Notes under the pieces: generated by a model
Told to the model about the DNA's origin: nothing
The model's database searches: none
The model's input: the letters and a program-made list of their open reading frames with translations, nothing else
In this document: one piece after another, positions 39,390 to 48,063 of the stretch
How positions within the stretch are numbered: position 1 is the stretch's first letter
How the letters are laid out: each line of letters opens with the position of its first letter
Source of the DNA: Deltaproteobacteria bacterium
GTDB lineage: Bacteria > Myxococcota_A > UBA9160 > SMWR01
Assembly: GCA_032128375.1 (NCBI GenBank)
Contig: JAQBGU010000055.1
Span: forward strand, 1-48,305
Direction of reading: 5' to 3'
DNA length: 48,305 nt
Program-made: the position numbers and the translations under genes

Positions 39390-40576
39390 CAGTGGTTTCG
39401 ATCGACCAACAGTTGAACTCTGCGTCGCACCTGGTTCGCAAGGTACCGGACCAACCGAGAATCCTCGGCGGCCTCGGGACCGAAGCGTTCGTGGTATCGA
39501 AGCGGTTCGCCGTACACGATTTTGTAGCGAACTGGATACGGAAGCAGCCCCAGAGGTCCCAGCAGCGGGAAGGTCGGAGTGATAGGTGCGACCGGTAGCC
39601 CGAGACTTCGAGCAAGCGGCTTGATGTCGTAGAGAATCGGTGTCTGGTTGTCGCTTCCTATGATCGCCATCGGGACGATGGCAGCCCGAGCGCGCAGCGC
39701 GTGCTCGACGAAGCCGACTCGGAACGTCTGGAGCCGGTAGCGGTGCGCGATGGTCTTGCGGATGCCGTCGATGCCCTCGGGAAACACCATCACGACCTGA
39801 CCGTCATCGAGCAAATTTGCAAAGTTCTCGCGCGTTCCGATGACCTGTCCGACGCGCGCATAAAAGATGTTGACCCACGGAAGCGAGCCGGCCCAACGGT
39901 CCACGATCGTGCGTGCCAGCCGGGGAGGGTCCGTGTTCAACACCAAGTCGATGATTGCCATCGCTCCGTCGAACGGGAGCAATCCCCCGTGATTTCCCGC
40001 GAGCACCACCGGCCCTTCGCTTGGAACATTCGCGTGACCCTCGCTGCGCACGCGGAAGTAGAATCGATACAGCGCGTGAAACAGCGGAAAGCTGTTCTTG
40101 AACACGGCCGGCGAAAAACCGAAGCGGTCGTAGAGCGCTTCTTGCGGCCCGTCGGCATCGACGAGGTGCGTGAGCGCGGCCAGCCGCTTTAGTTCCTCGG
40201 CCGGAATCAGGCGATCGACCAGGCCGTGCGGATCCTGGGCCTCGATTTCCGATAGTAACGGTGTTGTCGTCCAGCGGCGCCTGGTCAATCGCGCGATCTT
40301 CTCGCCGCGTTTGGGGATGGGTTCGCTGTACTGTGACAGGGGAGGGGCCGTCGAACGAGACTCGTGTACGTGGAGTGAAGGGGCCGGTCGCACTAGCGGG
40401 CGCGCTGCTATGGCCGCCGGCATCCGCGCCTCGAGCTCGTCCAATCGGTCGACGAACGGGTTGGGGCCCACCGGCTCTTCGAATGGGTTGCGGCCCAAGG
40501 CACCACGCATACCACCACGACCACGAGCCAAAGGGATCTCGTGAGGCTTGGCCGGAGGTACTTCGATTTTCCTCAT
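39389..40576 (-). CDS. Lysophospholipid/DAG acyltransferase (LPLAT) with long N-terminal extension
   Basis: YDRFGF, GNHGGLLPFDG, FPEG and GPLGLLPYP motifs. Confidence 0.9.
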   Translation of the reverse strand: MRKIEVPPAKPHEIPLARGRGGMRGALGRNPFEEPVGPNPFVDRLDELEARMPAAIAARPLVRPAPSLHVHESRSTAPPLSQYSEPIPKRGEKIARLTRRRWTTTPLLSEIEAQDPHGLVDRLIPAEELKRLAALTHLVDADGPQEALYDRFGFSPAVFKNSFPLFHALYRFYFRVRSEGHANVPSEGPVVLAGNHGGLLPFDGAMAIIDLVLNTDPPRLARTIVDRWAGSLPWVNIFYARVGQVIGTRENFANLLDDGQVVMVFPEGIDGIRKTIAHRYRLQTFRVGFVEHALRARAAIVPMAIIGSDNQTPILYDIKPLARSLGLPVAPITPTFPLLGPLGLLPYPVRYKIVYGEPLRYHERFGPEAAEDSRLVRYLANQVRRRVQLLVDRNH

Positions 40577-41451
40577 GTGGTATCCGCCAGCGGCGCGGGA
40601 CGGCCGCGCAGTTCGAGTTCTTCAGCGAGTTCCGCCATCACGAGTGCACCCCGATCTCGAGGGGCGTACTCGAATACACTCATCCCGTGCGACTGGGCCT
40701 CATCGATCTTGACGTGATAACCGACGACAGCGTGTGCGATTTCCTTGGGGAAACGCTCTTTTAGCCGATCGAGAATTTCCTGGGCGAGCTTTGTCCTGCG
40801 ATAGAAGGTCGGCACGACCATCGTGATATGGAGCTCCGGATGGTCGTAACGCTCTCGTACGATTTCAACCGTCCGCACGAGTTCCGCGCACCCGTCCATC
40901 GCCAGAAACGTCAGCGGGACCGGGACGACGATCTCGGTCGCCGCGCGAAGGACATTGAGCGTGAGAGGGCCGAACGACGGCGGCGCGTCGAACAGCACGA
41001 AGTCGTAAGCGTCGATTTCGCGCGATGCTCGCAGCGTTCGAGCGAGGCGCCCGGTCGAATCGGGATCGCTGTCGAAGCCGGGAAACAGGCCGAGTGACTT
41101 GTTGGAGACGATCACGTCCAGTTGCGGAACCCGCGTACTCGAGATCGGCAGCAGCGACCCGGGTCTGCGTCCCGGCTGGGTTGGATCTTGATTTGCACCG
41201 TGCTTGTCGACCCCGCGATCCCACGAGGAATCGCCCAATACCGAATCCAATAACAGGTCGATCGCGGACTGGCGCCGGCGACGAGTATCGACCCCCAGCA
41301 CCTTGCCGAGCTGGCCTTGGGGATCCATATCGATTACCAGGACGCGACGGCCTCGAGAGCGCGCGAGGTATGAACCGATGTTCGAGACGAGAGTGGTCTT
41401 GGCGCTCCCACCCTTTTCGTTGATGAACGCGATGATCCGCGGACCCTGCAC
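40573..41451 (-). CDS. Orphan ParA/Soj-family ATPase
   Basis: NEKGGSAKTT deviant Walker A, IDMDPQG, LFDAPP and EAQSHG motifs; CAGGAG RBS; no parB adjacent. Confidence 0.92.
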   Translation of the reverse strand: MQGPRIIAFINEKGGSAKTTLVSNIGSYLARSRGRRVLVIDMDPQGQLGKVLGVDTRRRRQSAIDLLLDSVLGDSSWDRGVDKHGANQDPTQPGRRPGSLLPISSTRVPQLDVIVSNKSLGLFPGFDSDPDSTGRLARTLRASREIDAYDFVLFDAPPSFGPLTLNVLRAATEIVVPVPLTFLAMDGCAELVRTVEIVRERYDHPELHITMVVPTFYRRTKLAQEILDRLKERFPKEIAHAVVGYHVKIDEAQSHGMSVFEYAPRDRGALVMAELAEELELRGRPAPLADTT

Positions 41452-41763
41452 TCCGGTCTCCTGTGGGGGACTCGCATTTTCTACTCGATTTCAGCTCAGC
41501 GCTGACGCCCGCAGAAGAATCGCTCAGTCGCAATCAGTGGCTGGGGTAGTTGCGAGGAACCTTGGTGAAGCCACCCACGCCCGTCCCCCCTCTTGCGTAC
41601 CTTGCCGGCGATCGGGTGTCAACGATGAAGTGCGGCGTCGCGTTTCTCAAAGGTCAGGGTGTTGGTATTCACCCGCGAGGAAACACAAGACACCGTGCAC
41701 AACTAACGCCGGTTGGACGAGCGATGTCGAAAAACGAAACGGCGTTCGAAAGTCAGTCCGCGA

Positions 41764-42741
41764 TCAGCCCTTCGCTGCCGCAACGGCCTTCGTCAGCGCC
41801 GGAACCACTTCGAACAGGTCCGCAACGACTCCGACGTTCGCGATCTCGAAGATCGGTGCATCGGGGTCCTTGTTGATCGCGATGATGTAGTTGCTTCCCT
41901 TCATTCCGACGAGGTGCTGGATGGCACCGGAGATACCGGCGGCGATGTAGAGCTTCGGAGTGACCACCTGGCCCGAAGAACCGACCTGGTACTGGTGTGG
42001 CAGCCATCCCGCGTCGACGACTGGCCTGGATGCGCCCATTGCACCACCGAGAACATCTGCGAGCGGTTGGATGACTTCGGGGAATTTCTCCGGGGCGCCA
42101 ACACCACGACCGCCAGACACGATGATGTCGTCCTTGCTCAGGTCGACGCCGGCATTGTTGGAAGCCTTGATCTCGATGAATTTCGCGCGGAGTGCATCGG
42201 CCGAAAGCGACACGTCGAGCGCGGTGACGCTTCCATCGCTGGTACCTTCGAACGGTTTGGCCGAACCCGGCTGCATGCTGACGACTACGACATCGGAATG
42301 GGCCGAAAGGCGCGCGTCGAGCTTGCCGTTGAACACCCGTCGACGGAAGAACAGGTTCCCGCCATCGACTTCGATCTTGAAGCAATCGCTGATGAATGCG
42401 GCGTCGAGACCGGCAGCGATGCGCGGGGCAATGTCCCATCCACTAGGCGTGTTCGACAGTAGAATCAGGTCGGCGCCCGATGCGGCTATCGCTGCGCGAA
42501 TCGCGGTGTTCGACGCGTCGACGCTGTAGTTCGCCAATAGTTCATTGTCGGCCAGCAGCACCTTGCCGCCGCCCCTCTTCGCAAAATCTTCAGCCAGGGC
42601 GCCAACGTTCTGACCGAGCACCAAGCTGCTGACTTCGCGCCCGGTCTCGCCGGCGATTTTTGCCGCCACGGTCGCCAGTTCGAAACTGGCCTCGCGGATC
42701 TGGCCTTTTTGGATTTCTGCAACGATGAGGATCGTGCCCAT
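41764..42741 (-). CDS. etfA: Electron transfer flavoprotein alpha subunit
   Basis: VSGGRG, GASRPVVD, QVGSSG, GISGAIQHLVGM and AINKDPDAPIF motifs. Confidence 0.96.
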   Translation of the reverse strand: MGTILIVAEIQKGQIREASFELATVAAKIAGETGREVSSLVLGQNVGALAEDFAKRGGGKVLLADNELLANYSVDASNTAIRAAIAASGADLILLSNTPSGWDIAPRIAAGLDAAFISDCFKIEVDGGNLFFRRRVFNGKLDARLSAHSDVVVVSMQPGSAKPFEGTSDGSVTALDVSLSADALRAKFIEIKASNNAGVDLSKDDIIVSGGRGVGAPEKFPEVIQPLADVLGGAMGASRPVVDAGWLPHQYQVGSSGQVVTPKLYIAAGISGAIQHLVGMKGSNYIIAINKDPDAPIFEIANVGVVADLFEVVPALTKAVAAAKG

Positions 42742-42799
42742 CGGATACTCCTTTTGATCTCAGGGTTCGGAATCGGCTCATGCGGGCTTGCCGCAAGAA

Positions 42800-43585
42800 C
42801 TACAGCAAACCCAACTCTTTGATCTTTGCCAGCAGGCCAGCTGCCGCTTCGTCGGGCGAGCCTCCGATGATCTCTGCTCTGTCTCCCTTGGGCGGCGGGC
42901 TGATCGATTCGATCTTTACCTTGGCAGCACCGCGACCCACCTGTCCGGAGAGACCCAAATCGGCGGCCGTCTTGACATCCAACGGCTTCTTCTTGGCCTT
43001 CATGATTCCCTTCAACGATGCGTATCGCACCTGATTGAGGCCGGTTTGGACGGCGACGAGACACGGCGTCTGCACCGAGACCACTTCGTGGGAACCGCCT
43101 TCGATCTCTCTATCGACCGTCAGCGTTCCATTGGACCTCGCGATCTTCAAAGCCCCAGTGGTGTGCGGAATCCCGACAAGCTCTGCGACCATCGGCGGAA
43201 CCGCCGCCAGGTTGTCGTCGTCGGCCATCAGCCCGGCGTATATCAAGTCTGGATTCTCTTCCTTGGCGACTGCGGCGATCAGCTTGGCAATGCCCAGTGC
43301 GTCAGAACCTTCGACTTCGGGATCGTTGACGTGGATGGCACGGTCGGCACCCATCCCGAGCGCAGTGCGTAGGGCCTGCGTGACGCGATTCGGACCGACC
43401 GACACCGCGACGACTTCGGTTGAATCGTCAGCGTCCTTCGCGCGCAATGCTTCTTCGAGCGCGTAGGTGTCGTAGCTGTTGATCTCGAACTTGATGTTGT
43501 CTTCCTTGATCCAGGCACCATCGGCTCGGATGTCGAGTCGCGCATCCTGATGCGGCACCTGCTTGAGGCAGACCATAATTTTCAT
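42800..43585 (-). CDS. etfB: Electron transfer flavoprotein beta subunit
   Basis: MKIMVCLKQVP, ALEEALR, ALGMGADRA and RYASLKGIMKAKKK motifs. Confidence 0.96.
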   Translation of the reverse strand: MKIMVCLKQVPHQDARLDIRADGAWIKEDNIKFEINSYDTYALEEALRAKDADDSTEVVAVSVGPNRVTQALRTALGMGADRAIHVNDPEVEGSDALGIAKLIAAVAKEENPDLIYAGLMADDDNLAAVPPMVAELVGIPHTTGALKIARSNGTLTVDREIEGGSHEVVSVQTPCLVAVQTGLNQVRYASLKGIMKAKKKPLDVKTAADLGLSGQVGRGAAKVKIESISPPPKGDRAEIIGGSPDEAAAGLLAKIKELGLL

Positions 43586-43639
43586 GGGGGACGGGCCTCC
43601 GATTCGTTAGTGGGCTGGATTGGAAATTGGCTGTTGGTT

Positions 43640-43708
43640 GGCTGTAGAGGGGTTGTACTCAGGTTGTAGAAAAGGGTTGTAGCAAGAGGTTGTAGACAGA
43701 GGTTGTAG
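43640..43708. repeat. Six copies of a GGTTGTAG-like octamer at 11-13-bp spacing
   Basis: ggctgtag 43640, ggttgtac 43651, ggttgtag 43662, 43675, 43688 and 43701. Confidence 0.88.
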
Positions 43709-43757
43709 AAAAAGCGAAGACCCCGGGGATCTGCGCGCCCCAAGGCCGCTAGTCCGC
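43709..43757 (-). terminator. Intrinsic terminator/attenuator in the etfBA leader
   Basis: Minus strand GGCCTTGGGG-loop-CCCCGGGGTC stem (with G-U pairs), outer GCGGA/TTCGC pairing, then TTTTT. Confidence 0.6.
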
Positions 43758-43761
43758 GAGG

Positions 43762-43790
43762 AAATTACCCGAGGCTGTTGGGGATTTCAA
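43762..43790 (-). promoter_or_regulatory. Sigma70-type promoter for etfBA
   Basis: TTGAAA-N17-TAATTT on the minus strand. Confidence 0.6.
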
Positions 43791-44075
43791 CCTTGCACGA
43801 ATCCGGAAAGTGGCACGCTTTCGTGGCTTTAGCAGCGTAATCGACCCATAGGAGGCCAATCCGAGCGCGAAACAGCTCCGGAACTCGGAGCGGTCGACGA
43901 ACGTTTGGGGTCCAGTCGCTCGGGCCCCGGGCAATGCACTGAAATGCGCCCTAACCTCCCGTTCGTTAGATCACGCCCGCATTGGCGGGCGCGCGCCGAG
44001 CCACTCAACCGGCACACGAAGATGGTCTCCATCTTCGTACTGGCCATCTTCGTACAATGGAGGCACAAGTCACCC

Positions 44076-44579
44076 ATGTTGCACCGAACCCCTCTGCAGC
44101 GATGCTGGTTTGTGATCGCACTCATTGCGGCAACTTTCATCATGGTCGGACCGGCCGCAGCAGATGAACGCCCCAGCGAAATCGTTTATGACACGCCGGG
44201 GGTGGTTCCGCAGCTCGATCCCAGCTACCGCATGACGAGCCACAAGGTTGTTCTGATCACGGATCAAGCTCTCAACCCGCGACAGGTGACGCTGGAGGCA
44301 GGCCAGCTGGTCGCATGGATCAGCTACTCACCAGCAGCTTCGACGGTCGTGTTCGAGCGCGAGGTTGCGAAGTCGATGGTTTGTCACAGCCTCGTGAACT
44401 TCTCGATCGTGGAAGACGAATTGCGCTCTGCGCCGATTCACGCGGGTGAGTTCGCGAGCTTTTGCGAACTCGAACCCGGAAAGTACAACTACAAGATCAA
44501 ACGACCCGACGCGAACCTGGCCGCGGGTACGGATGCGCGCAAGACACTCGAAGGACAGATCATCGTCGCAGGCGAGTGA
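44076..44579 (+). CDS. Exported protein with cupredoxin-like pattern
   Basis: Signal peptide ending AAA; PRQVTLEAGQLVAW, PGKYNY and GQIIV motifs. Confidence 0.65.
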   Translation: MLHRTPLQRCWFVIALIAATFIMVGPAAADERPSEIVYDTPGVVPQLDPSYRMTSHKVVLITDQALNPRQVTLEAGQLVAWISYSPAASTVVFEREVAKSMVCHSLVNFSIVEDELRSAPIHAGEFASFCELEPGKYNYKIKRPDANLAAGTDARKTLEGQIIVAGE

Positions 44580-44690
44580 TCACAAGCGTTCAACAAGCGG
44601 TAGGAATTCAGGTCCAAGCCATCAGCTCTGGAGGCGTGTCCGGGGGCTAGGGTCCTCGGAAGGCGCGAATATCGATGCTAACGGAATTGA

Positions 44691-45437
44691 TCACGCGCCC
44701 ATGAACATTAGGAACTGGTCGAGGCTCGTGACCCGAAGGAACGGATTGGTCGCCTTCTGGTCGCCCATCGTACTGGCCGGATCACTCGAGTACAGATGAC
44801 CCGGATACAGCAGCGTCTCATCGGGTAGCTGCTTCAGCGTCTGGTTCAGGCTGCGGTACATCGCCTCGGGATCTGAACCCGGTAGATCCACGCGACCACA
44901 ACTGCCCAAGAACAGCGTGTCTCCCGAAATCAGAGAACCTGGCCGACCCTGCTCCTCCACCAGAAAACACTGCGATCCAGGTGTATGGCCTGGCGTGTGC
45001 AGCAGCCGCACGCGGATTCGACCGAGTTCGACCACGTCCCCACCGCTCTTGCGGACGATGTCGCTCTCTGAAGCGCCGGTCACCTTGCGAAGCCCATCCG
45101 CTTCGTGCTCGTTCACGTATAGAGGAACCGGATTGCGCGCGAGCAATCGGCCAACTCCCTCGATCTCGCGTCCAAATAGTTTGCCGCCCACGTGATCCTG
45201 GTGATAATGGGTGACCAACGCGCCCACGATGTTCATGTCGTCGTCGGCAGCTGAGTCGAGCAGTTCGTCGACGCTCCATGCAGGATCGACCACCAGCGCT
45301 TCACGGCTGGCCAAGCTGCCGATCAAGTAGGCGAAGTTCGCCATCTCACCCACTGCGACCTGGCGAAAATAGAGGTCGCTAGAGTCGATTGAGGACCCCT
45401 CGGAGTGGCGCTGCGCAGGTTGCTGGAGGTCGGTCAT
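44691..45437 (-). CDS. MBL-fold metallo-hydrolase (glyoxalase II/ETHE1-like)
   Basis: THYHQDH, HTPGHTPGS, SGDTLF and YPGH motifs. Confidence 0.92.
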   Translation of the reverse strand: MTDLQQPAQRHSEGSSIDSSDLYFRQVAVGEMANFAYLIGSLASREALVVDPAWSVDELLDSAADDDMNIVGALVTHYHQDHVGGKLFGREIEGVGRLLARNPVPLYVNEHEADGLRKVTGASESDIVRKSGGDVVELGRIRVRLLHTPGHTPGSQCFLVEEQGRPGSLISGDTLFLGSCGRVDLPGSDPEAMYRSLNQTLKQLPDETLLYPGHLYSSDPASTMGDQKATNPFLRVTSLDQFLMFMGA

Positions 45438-46156
45438 TGGTGTCCGTGAGCGACCCGGTCCATCCAGGCCTCGAGTTGGTTGAGGATTTCCAGGTGCACC
45501 TGTTCATCTGTTCGCTCGGATTTCTTGCGTACCTTGAAATGCTGATCCGCCTCGGAGAAGACCTGTAGCGCGGTCGGGGCACCGACTCGCGTCAGCGTTC
45601 TCCGCAACACGTCGAGTTCGCACTTTCGATCTCGTTCGCCCTGCAAGAAGAGCATCGGCGCGATGATCCGAAACAGCAACTCCGCACGCGCCTGCTGCGG
45701 CTTGCCCTGAGGGTGAAGCGGAAAACCCATGAAGAACACGCCATCGACTCGAACTCCCGTCGCCGCAAGGTCGGCGGCGATCTGGCCGCCGAGCCCTTTG
45801 CCGCCGAGAAACAGGTGGGCGGGTGCTGACACTGGGTCCGGCGACACCAGATTGACAGCGTCCCGAAACGTCCGTCGCAACACCGCATCCGAGTCGACGC
45901 GCTTCTTTCCTGCCTCTCCGAATGGAAAATTGAAGCGCAGCGTCAGAACACCGCGCTCGGTAAGTTCGCGTTGAAGAAACTGAATCACGGGGTCGTTGAA
46001 GTCGCGGGCAGACCCATGTCCCAACACCGCCCCGATTCGCATGCCGGTCGGCCACCATTGCGGCACACCGAGCACAGCCGAAACTTCAGAAAGTCCGTGA
46101 ACGGGCTTCCGAAGCGGTATCTTCAGATCTTCGAAGCGTGCAGAGGGTTCGGGCAA
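45434..46156 (-). CDS. Alpha/beta hydrolase-fold protein (KANSL3/Tex30-like) lacking the nucleophile Ser
   Basis: LRFNFPF, GGKGLGG, GFPLHP and QGERD motifs. Confidence 0.82.
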   Translation of the reverse strand: MPEPSARFEDLKIPLRKPVHGLSEVSAVLGVPQWWPTGMRIGAVLGHGSARDFNDPVIQFLQRELTERGVLTLRFNFPFGEAGKKRVDSDAVLRRTFRDAVNLVSPDPVSAPAHLFLGGKGLGGQIAADLAATGVRVDGVFFMGFPLHPQGKPQQARAELLFRIIAPMLFLQGERDRKCELDVLRRTLTRVGAPTALQVFSEADQHFKVRKKSERTDEQVHLEILNQLEAWMDRVAHGHQ

Positions 46157-46258
46157 CGGATCCCTTTAGGGCGCTACTCTAGACTAATCGGGCATCCGAC
46201 GGGAGGGGTCGACTCTAATGGGTGTACTCGAGTAGGGCTGTAACCCACTGAGGTCGTT

Positions 46259-47176
46259 ATGGAAAAGGTGCTGATTACTGGAATTTCAGGCGGCCAGGGT
46301 AGGCTGCTCGCACGACGTCTGATGGAAAACTTCGAGGTCTGCGGGGTCGATCGGGTCGGTTGGGAGGGGCACCCGCGGGGAATTCGGGTCCATGTCGTCG
46401 ATGTCCGAAAAAAGAAATTCGAGGATGTGATTCGGACCGAGACGCCCACTGCCATCGTGCACATGGGTTTCATCCGTCACTTTCGCGACGCTTCGACACT
46501 GCGCCACGACGTCAACGTCCGGGGCACGAAGCAGCTGCTCGACCACTGCGTTCACAACGGCGTCCAGGCCCTCGTCGTCGTTTCGAGTGGATACGTATAC
46601 GGCGCGTTTCCCGAAAATCCCTACTTCATGGACGAAGACTCGCCGCTGTCCGCGAGTCGTTCCTATCCCGAAATTCGCGATCTCGTGGAAGTCGATACGC
46701 TGGCGTCAGCATTCCTCTGGCGATATCCCCACATCCAGACCTGCGTACTGCGTCCTGTCAACGTCATCGGCTATTACGTCCACTCGATGATCGGCCAGTA
46801 TCTACGCCAGAAGCGAGTTCCCACGGTGATGGGTTTTGACCCAATGATGCAGTTCATTCACGAAGAGGACCTCTCCGAGGCCATCGCAAAAGCCCTGGAA
46901 CAGCGCCTCCGGGGTGTCTTCAATGTGACGGGGCCCGGTCAGGTGCCGTTGCATACCGCGATCACCGAAACCGGCGGGACCGCTTGGCCCATTCCAGAAC
47001 CGCTGCTGCGACCGATGTTCTCGCGGCTGTTCAAGATGGGGCTGATTCCGTATCCGCCCGGTGCTCTCGATTTCTTGAAGTTCCCCATCACGCTGTCCGG
47101 CGCCCGGTTCGTCGAATCGACGAGTTTTCGTCCATTGTTCGGACTGGAAGAGACGCTGCGAAGCGTCCAGAACTGA
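46259..47176 (+). CDS. Extended-SDR/NAD-dependent epimerase family protein
   Basis: ITGISGGQG, VNVRGT, SSGYVYG and MGFDPMMQFIHEED motifs. Confidence 0.9.
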   Translation: MEKVLITGISGGQGRLLARRLMENFEVCGVDRVGWEGHPRGIRVHVVDVRKKKFEDVIRTETPTAIVHMGFIRHFRDASTLRHDVNVRGTKQLLDHCVHNGVQALVVVSSGYVYGAFPENPYFMDEDSPLSASRSYPEIRDLVEVDTLASAFLWRYPHIQTCVLRPVNVIGYYVHSMIGQYLRQKRVPTVMGFDPMMQFIHEEDLSEAIAKALEQRLRGVFNVTGPGQVPLHTAITETGGTAWPIPEPLLRPMFSRLFKMGLIPYPPGALDFLKFPITLSGARFVESTSFRPLFGLEETLRSVQN

Positions 47177-47178
47177 CG

Positions 47179-48063
47179 ATGTCGACCTCGAGCAGCCTCA
47201 CCGCGCTGGCCGATCTCGCTGGATCGCTGTTGCCGTTGAGCGCTCGCGATCTGCAGACCCAGATCGACGATCAGCTGGCGAAGATCCCGAACGAGATCAA
47301 CGGCTACGGCTACGACGCCTATGGGATGAGCCCCGCATGGATGGGTCGAGTCTTGTTGCCGAGCGCTCTGCTGTATAGACACTACTTTCGCGTCGAAACC
47401 TTCGGTATTGATCACTTGCCGCGCGGTCGGGTCTTGGTGATCAGCAACCACGCCGGCCAGCTTCCATTCGACGCAGCCATGTTGTCTACCGCGTTGTTGC
47501 TCGAGGCGTCGCCGCCACGCATCGCCCGCTCGATGGGCGAGTTCTGGATCCCCCGGTTGCCGTGGATCAGCGTTGCGGCAGCGCGGGCTGGCGCGCTGGT
47601 GGGAACGCCACGAAACTGCCGTCACATGCTCGAAAACGACGAGTGCGTGGTCGCGTTCCCTGAGGGTGTCCGCGGAATGAACAAGCTGTACAGCCAACGC
47701 TATCAGCTGCAGCGATTTGGGACAGGGTTCATGCGCCTCGCGCTGGAAAGCGGCGCGCCGATTGTGCCGGTTGCCATCGTGGGTTCCGAAGAGCAACAAC
47801 CGGGTATTGCGAATCTCGCGAGCCTGGGCCGCTCACTCGGGATGCCGGCCATTCCGATTACCCTCACCTTTCCCTGGCTCGGTCCACTCGGCCTGCTGCC
47901 GTTTCCGGTGAAGTACCGCATCTATTTCGGTGAGCCGATGTTTTTCGACGGCGATCCTTCGGACGAGGACGCGAGCATCGAGAGCAAGGTCGAGGACGTA
48001 AAATACCAGATCAGCGCCATGCTCGTTCGCGGACGCAGTGAACGCCGACATGTGTTCTACTGA
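47179..48063 (+). CDS. Lysophospholipid/DAG acyltransferase (LPLAT)
   Basis: GYDAYG, SNHAGQLPFDA, FPEG and GPLGLLPFP motifs; ATG 2 bp after the upstream stop. Confidence 0.9.
   Translation: MSTSSSLTALADLAGSLLPLSARDLQTQIDDQLAKIPNEINGYGYDAYGMSPAWMGRVLLPSALLYRHYFRVETFGIDHLPRGRVLVISNHAGQLPFDAAMLSTALLLEASPPRIARSMGEFWIPRLPWISVAAARAGALVGTPRNCRHMLENDECVVAFPEGVRGMNKLYSQRYQLQRFGTGFMRLALESGAPIVPVAIVGSEEQQPGIANLASLGRSLGMPAIPITLTFPWLGPLGLLPFPVKYRIYFGEPMFFDGDPSDEDASIESKVEDVKYQISAMLVRGRSERRHVFY

Noticed and set aside
40573..41451. Chromosomal parAB or plasmid partition locus
   Set aside because: No parB, gidAB, dnaA or rep gene nearby; the neighbours are lipid enzymes.
43640..43708. CRISPR or iteron/parS array
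   Set aside because: Octamers are separated by only 3-5 bp, are not palindromic, and there is no rep, parB or cas gene.
43715..43800. FMN riboswitch (GGTTGAAATCCCC...GCAGATCC resemblance)
   Set aside because: The conserved 3' half (CCGAC...AGTCCGGATGGGAG) is missing; promoter plus hairpin explains the sequence better.
43811..43830. Sigma54 promoter TGGCACG
   Set aside because: The -12 GC is not at GG-N10-GC spacing.
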